NCBI GenBank assembly: GCA_038227875.1
Contig: JBBRPR010000002.1
Span: 43,316-107,315, forward strand
Origin: Planctomycetota bacterium
Lineage (GTDB): Bacteria; Planctomycetota; SZUA-567; H5-PLA8
DNA length: 64,000 nt
Direction of reading: 5' to 3'
Below the pieces are notes generated by a model, which saw only the letters and a program-made list of their open reading frames with translations, had not been told where the DNA came from and did no database searches. Within the stretch, counting starts at the first letter, position 1, and every line of letters starts with the position of its first letter. Shown here one piece after another: positions 56,745 to 64,000 of the stretch. The translations under genes were made by a program, and so were the position numbers.

Positions 56745-56936
56745 ATGACGATTCGGTATTGTGAAAAGTGCGGCGTGCTGATGCGGGTGAAGGTGGTCAC
56801 GCCACATTCGATCTGCCCCGATTGCAAAGCTGGCAAGAAGCCCAAGTACCGCGGCCCGCGCGACAGCGCAATGATCCCGCGCAAGAAGATCGACGCGCTC
56901 CGCTCCAACGATGCGTCCAAGCGCTCGGAGAAGTAG
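56745..56936 (+). CDS. Small basic zinc-ribbon protein
   Basis: GGAGG RBS; YCEKCG..ICPDC. Confidence 0.7.
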   Translation: MTIRYCEKCGVLMRVKVVTPHSICPDCKAGKKPKYRGPRDSAMIPRKKIDALRSNDASKRSEK

Positions 56937-56944
56937 CACGGAAT

Positions 56945-57128
56945 ATTTTCGATTTCCGATTTCTAATTTTCCATCGGCGCAGCGTCGCCTGTGTACCAAG
57001 GAGCAGCGGCCGTATGCTGCTCCTTGCTCAACGTATAGAATGCCAGAATAAATATTCTTCTCGGCAGGCCCCCCGCGACACCGCTTGCGCGATCGAAAAT
57101 CGAAAATGTTTAATCGAAAATCGAAAAT
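56945..57128. repeat. Inverted repeat built from TTTCGAT/ATCGAAA heptamers with an internal hairpin
   Basis: ATTTTCGATTTCCGATTTC.. versus ..AATCGAAAATCGAAAAT; inner GGAGCAGC..GCTGCTCC near 57000-57023. Confidence 0.75.
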
Positions 57129-57182
57129 GACCGTTCAACACTCCCCGTGAAACGTGGTATCTAATAGTGGGGAGGAGCGGCG

Positions 57183-57851
57183 ATGCGAATTCAAATCCTG
57201 ACAACTCTGCTCGGTCTTCTCGCGTTGAACGGCTGCGGTACGCCGGAAGCGCCGAAGTCGACGCAGCTCGTCGCGCCTGTTCCTGACGAACCCAAGCCCT
57301 CTCTCGTCGCCGCGCCCAAACCCACGCCGCAGCGGCCGTGGACATACAACGTGGCGCTCGCGATTCACGGCGCCACCGCCACAGGAGGCGACCGGCCACA
57401 GCTGCTCATCGACGGCAATTCCACCACTTACGATGGCGGCGAAGGTTACTCACAGACCGATTGGACCGTCAAACCCACGCCGTCGATGGTCGTGACGCTG
57501 AAGGAAGCGGAGACGATCAACACGGTCCGCTTCCTGCTCTGGGACCAGGACAATCGCTTCTACCGTTACAAACTGGAAATTAGCCCCGATGCCGACGGCG
57601 AAAAATGGAACATGATCGCCGACCACTCGGTCACGGGAGAATTTCGAACCTGGCAGTTGATTTCATTTCCCGCCGCGTCCGTCCGTCGAATTCGCGTGAC
57701 AGGGACGTTCGATTCATCAAACAATATGTTTCACGTCGTAGAACTTCAGGCCTACAACATCCCCGCCGACGTCAAACCGACCTGGGATGAAAAGAAGAAC
57801 GACATGCCCAGCGCCGCGTCCAAAACCGGCGGGACCACGAGTGAATGGTAG
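57183..57851 (+). CDS. Lipoprotein with discoidin/F5-8 type C (CBM32-like) domain
   Basis: Lipobox LNG-C, Pro-rich linker, YNVALA..LIDGN..YRYKLEIS.D..W..VRRIRVTG..HVVELQAY. Confidence 0.85.
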   Translation: MRIQILTTLLGLLALNGCGTPEAPKSTQLVAPVPDEPKPSLVAAPKPTPQRPWTYNVALAIHGATATGGDRPQLLIDGNSTTYDGGEGYSQTDWTVKPTPSMVVTLKEAETINTVRFLLWDQDNRFYRYKLEISPDADGEKWNMIADHSVTGEFRTWQLISFPAASVRRIRVTGTFDSSNNMFHVVELQAYNIPADVKPTWDEKKNDMPSAASKTGGTTSEW

Positions 57852-57859
57852 CAGCCAGT

Positions 57860-58747
57860 TTACTTCTTCTTCGCGTCAAGCCGTTCGAATTTGATTTCCG
57901 TCACCGACTTCGCCGCCGTCGCTCCATGATCGCCGTCTTGCAGCGTGAAGACCACCGTGGCGGTGTGCACGCCGGCGATCCATTCTTTCGCCGCCAGATC
58001 GTAGGTCTGCTGGCCCTGCAGTTCGACTTCAACGTTGCGCGCCATGATGCGACCGTAGGAATCGCGGATGAACGGCGCCTTCAGCGTGCCACTGACTTTG
58101 ACGCTCGGCTGGCGTTCGCTGCCTGCGTCGCCGGGTGAAGTGCTGCTCGCGGCTGCGTCGGGCTGCTTTTCGTACGTGAGCACGCCGGTCGCGGTGCCGC
58201 CGCCGAGCATGCTGTATTCAATGTTGCGCGTCCACTTCTCCTTGCCGGCCGGAAATGGCGCGTGGAAGAGCAGGCAATTGGTGACCATGCCGCTGGCGAC
58301 AAAATCCTTCGCGGCCGGATCGGAGTTGACCTTTTGTTTGGCAATCGCGCCGTCGTCGTCGAGTTCCAGCTTGGCGAGCACGGTGCCGAAACTGGCCTCC
58401 AGCGTTTTCTTGAGCGCCGGATCCTGGTCGGCGGTGAGCTCCTGCTTCTTGCTGTTCTGTCCGGTGAAAATGGTTTTCACGCGGTCCATGTAGCCTTCGT
58501 AGGAGACGGAGCCGTCGGAGGAATTCTTCACCGCAACGGAATCGCAGACGACGTTGACGTCGTGGCCCTGGCGCAGATGGCGGTAGTTGACGATCGTTTC
58601 GGTGCCGATCTTGTGGCGCTTGCCGTCGAGCTCCATTTCGGCGCGGCCGGTCATGGTCAGGCGGAATCGCAGCGCCTCCGCGCCGTCTTCAGCCCGCGCC
58701 CAGGCGCAGAAGAGCACCACTAATAGGTAGGAAACGCGATGCTTCAC
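57860..58747 (-). CDS. Secreted hypothetical beta-rich protein
   Basis: GAGG RBS with GTG 58747, signal peptide ending ARA. Confidence 0.75.
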   Translation of the reverse strand: MKHRVSYLLVVLFCAWARAEDGAEALRFRLTMTGRAEMELDGKRHKIGTETIVNYRHLRQGHDVNVVCDSVAVKNSSDGSVSYEGYMDRVKTIFTGQNSKKQELTADQDPALKKTLEASFGTVLAKLELDDDGAIAKQKVNSDPAAKDFVASGMVTNCLLFHAPFPAGKEKWTRNIEYSMLGGGTATGVLTYEKQPDAAASSTSPGDAGSERQPSVKVSGTLKAPFIRDSYGRIMARNVEVELQGQQTYDLAAKEWIAGVHTATVVFTLQDGDHGATAAKSVTEIKFERLDAKKK

Positions 58748-58930
58748 GAGAACCTCAGATGTCCGCCGTGGAAACACGACGGGGAAGCAGAAAGTTTACT
58801 GCCGATATAGTCACTCGTGCAGCAAAAAGTGGAAAGACCCGGAACGAAAACATTTCGAGCGCGTCGAAAATGAGGTAGAGTTTTCGGTCTGGTCTGACTC
58901 GCCCAACCACTTTCTCCAGGAGATGCGCGC

Positions 58931-59584
58931 ATGCTTTCACGTCGGATGCAGTGTGCCGGATTGTTCGCGATGGCGATGATCTCGTTTGGCGGCGCAATGG
59001 CCAGCGAGACGGACGCTCCGTTCGTCGTCGAGCAGCGCGACCGTCGCGATCCGTTCACGTTCCGGTCGAAGTTTGGAGTGCAGGCGGTCAAAGAAGACGT
59101 TACCGGTTGCTACCCCGTCCCGCCCGTCCCGCCGACTTTCGATCTGATCGCTGCGCGTGCGAAATTGCAAGAAACCTACGCGCGCGCCGAAAACGCGTTC
59201 CTGGACGCACAGTTTCCGCAATCGCTTCAGGGCTGCGATGAGGGACTGACGGTGCTGCAGAGCATTCCTGAAAATCAACGTGCCAGCTTCGGCACATTCC
59301 AGAACGACCTGGCGCGCCTGCGCACCGCGACAGAACGCCAGATTCAGCGCGCGGAAGCGCAGCGGCAGTTCGATTCGCTGAACGTATCGCTGACCGGCGT
59401 GGTGGTCCACGATCGCCAGTCGCAGGCGATCGTGAACGCGAAAATCGTCTCGCGCGGCGAGCTCGTCCCGCTGACCAATTCACCGCAGGACGTGATCGTG
59501 CTGGAAATCCGACCGCAGGAAGTCGTCTTCCTCTTCCACGGTTACCGGATGCCGGTGGCGATTAAAGACAACGCTGACCACTAA
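58931..59584 (+). CDS. Secreted protein with PilP/GspC-HR-like features
   Basis: Signal peptide, RRDPF motif, C-terminal LTGVVV..QAIVNAKIVSRGE..VLEIRPQEVVF. Confidence 0.6.
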   Translation: MLSRRMQCAGLFAMAMISFGGAMASETDAPFVVEQRDRRDPFTFRSKFGVQAVKEDVTGCYPVPPVPPTFDLIAARAKLQETYARAENAFLDAQFPQSLQGCDEGLTVLQSIPENQRASFGTFQNDLARLRTATERQIQRAEAQRQFDSLNVSLTGVVVHDRQSQAIVNAKIVSRGELVPLTNSPQDVIVLEIRPQEVVFLFHGYRMPVAIKDNADH

Positions 59585-59587
59585 TTA

Positions 59588-60478
59588 CTACAGCAGCTCT
59601 TGCCCGGTGATCTGTTTGTACGCGTCGACGTACTTCTCGCGCGTCTTTTCGACCACGGACTCCGGCAGCGGCGGCGCGGGCGGCTGTTTGTTCCAACCGA
59701 TGCCTTCCAGGTAGTCGCGCACGAACTGCTTGTCGTAGCTCAATTGCGTCTGCCCCGGCGTCCACTTTTCGCGCGGCCAGAAGCGCGAACTGTCCGGCGT
59801 CAGCACTTCGTCGACGAGAATAATTTCGCCGCCAGCCAGTCCGAATTCGAGCTTGGTGTCGGCGATGATGATCTCGCGGGTCAGCGCGTGCGCCGACGCG
59901 CGTTCGTAGACGCTGATGGTCAGTTCGCGGAGCTTCTCGGCGTTCGTCGCGCCGATGATCTTGCTCGCTTCTTCAAAGCTGATGTTCTGATCGTGGCCGC
60001 TGGTGGCCTTGGTCGCCGGCGTAAAAATCGGCGCATCCAAACGCGAACCGTTGGTCAGACCACGGGGGAGGGGAATGCCGCAGACGGAACCTTTCTCCTG
60101 GTATTCCTTCCAGCCGGAGCCCATCAGGTAGCCGCGCACCACGCATTCGATCGGAAAAACTTCGGCCTTCTTCACCAGCATCGAACGTCCCGCGAGAATC
60201 TCCGCGTGAGCTTCCAGGCCGTGGCCCATTTTCGTGACGTCGGTGGTGATCAGGTGATTTTTCGGAAGATCGCCGAGGAACTGAAACCAGAACCGCGACA
60301 GGCTGTTGAGCACCTTTCCTTTATCGGGAATCGGCGTCGGCAGCACGCAGTCGAACGCGCTCAGCCGGTCGGTGCTGACGATCAATAATTTTTCGCCCAG
60401 GTCATAAACATCGCGAACCTTGCCGCGCGCGACCAGTTTCAGGCCGGGCAGTTTCGTTTCAAAAACGGGAGCAGACAT
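59588..60478 (-). CDS. purC: SAICAR synthase
   Basis: RGKVRDVY, TDRLSAFD, ECVVRGYL, FTPATKA, ADTKLEFG, DEVLTPDSSRFW, DKQFVRD. Confidence 0.97.
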   Translation of the reverse strand: MSAPVFETKLPGLKLVARGKVRDVYDLGEKLLIVSTDRLSAFDCVLPTPIPDKGKVLNSLSRFWFQFLGDLPKNHLITTDVTKMGHGLEAHAEILAGRSMLVKKAEVFPIECVVRGYLMGSGWKEYQEKGSVCGIPLPRGLTNGSRLDAPIFTPATKATSGHDQNISFEEASKIIGATNAEKLRELTISVYERASAHALTREIIIADTKLEFGLAGGEIILVDEVLTPDSSRFWPREKWTPGQTQLSYDKQFVRDYLEGIGWNKQPPAPPLPESVVEKTREKYVDAYKQITGQELL

Positions 60479-60568
60479 TCCAGAATTTCCTCAGCCGCGT
60501 TGTGTGACGTGAACGCGCTGATTATGGTTGGGATGGCCTGCGATACAACGGGAAAACGGGTGGGGACG

Positions 60569-60745
60569 AACGGATGGCATCGGGGATCGGGCATCAGGCA
60601 TCGGTCGTTGGGCAAATCAAACGAACGGATACTGCGCCATCCGAAAGTTGATCTTCACTCTGAAAAATGAACACTGGCATCTTCCGTGCACCTGCCCAAT
60701 GACCGATGCCAGATGCCAGATGCCCGATCCCCGATGCCATCCGTT
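60569..60745. repeat. Long inverted-repeat element, copy B
   Basis: AACGGATGGCATCGGGGATCGGGCATC..GATGCCCGATCCCCGATGCCATCCGTT. Confidence 0.88.
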
Positions 60746-60816
60746 TTCACCCTATCCCCATTTCAAGAACGCACTAAATTAACACAGAGGCAATCCAATC
60801 CAGGGAGGAACATCGC

Positions 60817-61668
60817 GTGGGATCATTGAAGCTGGGCGTGGCATTGTGGTCGCTGGGCAATCCGGGGACGTTTCCGGAATGGGAGAAGCTGCTGGATGCG
60901 GCAGCATCGACGGGCGTGAAAGCCGTACAGCCGTGGTCGGTCGATGAGAAGAAATGGAACGTCGTCTGCGCGCTGGATCCCGATCGCTGCGCGACGCCGC
61001 GGCAGCGCACGGAAGTGCGCAAAGCCTGCGAAAAACGCGGACTGGCCATCAGTGCCTTCTGCGCGCAGCTTGCCGGCCCCCACGAACTCGGCGGCTTCGG
61101 CGACAGCGATGCGGAATTGGGATTCCGCGTGGAGAAGACAATCAAGGCGTTGCGCATGGCCGCGGAAATCGGCTCGCCCATCGTCACCACGCACATCGGA
61201 CCGATTCCGGAAAGCAGCGAGGATCCGGTCTATGGCCGCTTCGTGAAGTCGATCGCGACGGTGATGAAGGACGCCGAACGTTCCGGCGGCATCTTCGCGC
61301 TGGAAACCGGCCAGGAATCCGCGCAGTGCCTCAAGCGTTTCATCGAAGACGTCGGCAGCAAGAATCTGAAAGTGAACTACGACCCCGCCAACATGCTCGG
61401 CAAGGGAGTCGTGGAAGGCGTGGAGATTCTCGCGCCGTACATCGTCCACACGCACGCGAAGGACAAGCACCCGAAGACCGGCAAGCCCACCGTCGGCCAG
61501 GGCGACGTGCCGTGGACAGAGTACCTCGCCGCGCTGAAGAAAATCGGCTACGACGGCTGGTACGCGATCGAAGACGAAAGCGGTGGCCACGGTCTGGAAC
61601 ACAAGACCGGCGAGTACAGCGTGCTCGAATCGGTGACGATCGGCCGGAAGTTCCTGGAGCAGTTCTAA
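60817..61668 (+). CDS. Sugar phosphate isomerase/epimerase (xylose-isomerase-like TIM barrel)
   Basis: VTTHIG, FALETGQE, VNYDPAN, HTHAKD, GQGDVPW, GYDGWYAIE. GGAGG RBS. Confidence 0.92.
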   Translation: MGSLKLGVALWSLGNPGTFPEWEKLLDAAASTGVKAVQPWSVDEKKWNVVCALDPDRCATPRQRTEVRKACEKRGLAISAFCAQLAGPHELGGFGDSDAELGFRVEKTIKALRMAAEIGSPIVTTHIGPIPESSEDPVYGRFVKSIATVMKDAERSGGIFALETGQESAQCLKRFIEDVGSKNLKVNYDPANMLGKGVVEGVEILAPYIVHTHAKDKHPKTGKPTVGQGDVPWTEYLAALKKIGYDGWYAIEDESGGHGLEHKTGEYSVLESVTIGRKFLEQF

Positions 61669-61675
61669 CTGCACG

Positions 61676-61847
61676 AACGGATGGGATCGGGGATCGGGCA
61701 TCGGGCATCGGTCGTCTGGTAAATCAAACGGACAGATGTCGCACCATCCGTAAGGCAGATCCTCGAACTGAAAAGACAACGCACGCTTTCGTTCGTGCGT
61801 TTACTCACTGACCGATGCCAGATGCCCGATCCCCGCTCCCATCCGTT
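61676..61847. repeat. Long inverted-repeat element, copy C
   Basis: AACGGATGGGATCGGGGATCGGGCATC..GATGCCCGATCCCCGCTCCCATCCGTT; interior is homologous to copy B. Confidence 0.88.
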
Positions 61848-61854
61848 CGCTCGT

Positions 61855-63423
61855 CTACGGATTCGGTGCTGTCGCAGGCGGTGCAGCCGCATCCCCGGGC
61901 AGCTTCCGCTTGAGGAACTCCGGGAGCACCGGGACGTCGGGGACTTTGCCGGTTTTCGCGGCGCCTTCGATCACGGCGGCAGCGCGGCGGGCGCTCCACG
62001 TGTCCAGCATCGTCAGCCGGCAGCCGCGCACGAAATCGCCGGGAGGTACGGCGGTCTCGTCGCCAGCCAGCGCTTTGGCATCGGTGCAGATCTTGTCGAT
62101 GCGCTTGACCAGCTCCTCTTCCGATGCTCCGGCTTTCAACGCGGTGCGAAGGTCGAGCACGCAGGGAATCACTTCCGACGCGCCGGTGTCGGCGGTCATG
62201 AGCTGAATGTGGTTCTTGTCGATGTAGATGCTGTGCGACGCGCTGATCTTGCCGAGTTCGCAGAGCTTCGCGACGTAATCGAAGCCCGTCGCGTCCTTGG
62301 CCGACCACGCTTCGTCGAGCGTGCCGCCGCCGACTTCTTCCGCACTGATTTCAAAGCCCGTGAGATTGGCGAGGTCCTCGGAGGCCTGGCGGATGGTCTC
62401 CTTCTTATCCAGGCTGAAGCGCAGCGGCTGATTCATCTTCGTGAAGTAGTCCTGTACCAGCGGCTGGAAATGGACTGACTGCGAGCCGGGGGTGCCCAAC
62501 GCCGCCAGCAGCGGTTCGATTTGCGTGAAAATTTCGCGGTCGGCGACGAGGTCGAACTTTCCCGGCGCGGTCACGGTCACCTTGGTTGGCTCCTGAGTGC
62601 CAGTATCGTGGAGCGTCCATTTGGTGATCGTTTGCGTGAACTGCGTGGTCTGTTCGGCCGTCCACGGTTCACCGCCCGGGGGGACCGGGAGCGTAAACGA
62701 CTTTCCGCGCAGGCGCAGGCGCGCGCCGTGTTCCTTGGTGGTGATAACCACGACGCGGCCTCGGACGATGTATTCGCAGTCCAGCAGCCGGACCATCCAT
62801 TGCAGCGCCAGCGACGATTTCATGGCCGAGACGCGCAAGTTGATGTTCGGTGGATTCGAGGCCGTCACGGCCGGGTCGACGAAAAAGACCGCGTTCGTCT
62901 GCTGCTTGAATAATTCGAGCGCCGCGTCCAGTGGGACGTCGGCGAAGTCGAAGCTGATGACCGGCTGCAGGCGCGGTTCGACGCTGGGATCCGGGGGCAG
63001 GTACTGCAGCGGCGCGTCGGCAAGGACCTGGTCGAAATTCTTCGTGGCCTCTTCCAGCGAGCGGTTGTCTTCGATGCGCTGAATATAGAGCTCGACGCGT
63101 TTGAGTCCCGCAATCAGCTCCGGACTTTCGTGGGCCCCCGGCCGCGCTTTGATCCGCTTTTCGAGCAGAGGGCGGATGCGTTCGCCCAAGGCGGAGAGTT
63201 TCACGGTTGCGGCCTGGCGGACGTCGAAGCTGTCATCATCGAGCTGCGTGAAGAGCGCCTCAGCGCCGCGGATTTCCTCGGGACTCAGCGGCGCAGTGGA
63301 CGGTAATTGGACCGGCGGCGGGGATTCCGAGACATCGAGCGCGGTCGCGCTTTGCGCGCCGGTCCAGACGGCAAGGACGATCAGCGCATAGCGGACGATC
63401 AATGTTCTCTTGCCTTCACCCAT
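61855..63423 (-). CDS. Secreted protein: HEAT-like helix pair + STN/secretin N-domain-like modules, no secretin barrel
   Basis: Signal peptide; LDDDSFDVRQAATVKL; ISFDFADVPLDAALELF..INLRVSAMK..ALQWMVRLLDCEYIVRGRVVVITT. Confidence 0.75.
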   Translation of the reverse strand: MGEGKRTLIVRYALIVLAVWTGAQSATALDVSESPPPVQLPSTAPLSPEEIRGAEALFTQLDDDSFDVRQAATVKLSALGERIRPLLEKRIKARPGAHESPELIAGLKRVELYIQRIEDNRSLEEATKNFDQVLADAPLQYLPPDPSVEPRLQPVISFDFADVPLDAALELFKQQTNAVFFVDPAVTASNPPNINLRVSAMKSSLALQWMVRLLDCEYIVRGRVVVITTKEHGARLRLRGKSFTLPVPPGGEPWTAEQTTQFTQTITKWTLHDTGTQEPTKVTVTAPGKFDLVADREIFTQIEPLLAALGTPGSQSVHFQPLVQDYFTKMNQPLRFSLDKKETIRQASEDLANLTGFEISAEEVGGGTLDEAWSAKDATGFDYVAKLCELGKISASHSIYIDKNHIQLMTADTGASEVIPCVLDLRTALKAGASEEELVKRIDKICTDAKALAGDETAVPPGDFVRGCRLTMLDTWSARRAAAVIEGAAKTGKVPDVPVLPEFLKRKLPGDAAAPPATAPNP

Positions 63424-63502
63424 ACGCGACGCGAGCCCCGGTCCCCATACTTAAAGGGGTAACCGAGGCATCGCGCATTTTTACTCAAATAGCAAGGGGA
63501 AT

Positions 63503-64000
63503 CTAAAATTCATCCTTCTTTTTCGGCTCCTGAACCGGCGTAGTCGGGACGCATTTAAAATTCGGATCACCATGCTTCCATAACGGTTGATTGCAAATCT
63601 TGCAGAAAAGCGTCTTTTTCAGCGTCTTGAAGAACCACGGGGCTGGCGGCGCTTTGGGAATCTTCCCGGTCTTCGCGGCCTCTTCCAGAACGGTATTGAT
63701 GCGCTGGGCCGTCCATAGGTCGACGTTCCCACAATAGAATGAGCGGATGACGTGTCCCGTCGGCAACCCTTCTGCATTGGCGTCGTCGACGATGCCTTTC
63801 AACGCGGGCTCCAGTTTTGTAAGGTCGACACCAGCTTTCAACGCGGGGCGCAAATCGAACACGCAGAGCGTGGCGATTGGATTCTTCGGAGCCGCCATCA
63901 GGAACAGGGCATCGTTCCGGCAGGTAATCGTCACGCCGGCGATTTGGCAAATCTGGACCAGCGCGTCGCTCAAAGGAGCCTCTTTCACGCGCAGTGTGAG
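63503..64000 (-). CDS. Paralog of 61855-63423 (C-terminal part, truncated by window edge)
   Basis: Frame open to the window end (LTLRVKEAPLSDALVQI); CVFDLRPALKAG and EEAAKTGKIP match the neighbour. Confidence 0.8.
   Translation of the reverse strand, partial: LTLRVKEAPLSDALVQICQIAGVTITCRNDALFLMAAPKNPIATLCVFDLRPALKAGVDLTKLEPALKGIVDDANAEGLPTGHVIRSFYCGNVDLWTAQRINTVLEEAAKTGKIPKAPPAPWFFKTLKKTLFCKICNQPLWKHGDPNFKCVPTTPVQEPKKKDEF

Noticed and set aside
60528-60782. Short ORFs containing RTDGIGDRASGIGR / DARCQMPDPR (also 43770-44063, 61665-61892, 19588-20004 and the N-terminal extension of 26726-28033)
   Set aside because: They are translations of the inverted-repeat elements, not genes.
1-64000. 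CRISPR array, rRNA, tRNA, transposase or integrase
   Set aside because: No regularly spaced repeat-spacer array, no rRNA-like stretch, no cloverleaf and no DDE/HUH/recombinase motifs were recognised.

Overview
GC-rich bacterial chromosomal window, probably from a Planctomycetota-like organism (inferred from membrane-anchored ECF sigma factors with long C-terminal extensions, PKD surface proteins, secretin-N-domain proteins and repeat style). It holds about 55 genes. Housekeeping: cimA, dinB, recQ, purH, purC, tyrA, mutM, cinA, a UbiA-family prenyltransferase and a solA-like oxidase. Signalling: GGDEF-EAL, GAF/HD-GYP, PAS histidine kinase with NtrC-type activator, a second kinase with two receivers, a PP2C phosphatase and two divergent ECFs. 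Several polysaccharide-active candidates are also present. No rRNA, tRNA, CRISPR array or transposase was seen. The best leads are: (1) a compact FeeM-like N-acyl amino acid synthase plus PCMH/VAO-family flavoprotein operon behind perfect palindromes, a candidate N-acyl-enamide signal or metabolite pathway; (2) a four-gene MotA/TolQ/ExbB stator-like operon with two different ExbD-like partners and no TonB; (3) a 140-180 bp structured repeat in three copies with compensatory base changes, plus four other inverted-repeat elements built from 7-8 nt units; (4) a recurring GG-N-AAATTT-N-CC operator motif; (5) a stand-alone secreted protein resembling the C-terminal domain of a large surface protein; (6) two tandem paralog pairs of unknown function; (7) two genes whose conserved N-termini lack a canonical start codon. 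All family assignments come from motif recognition by eye, not from database searches.
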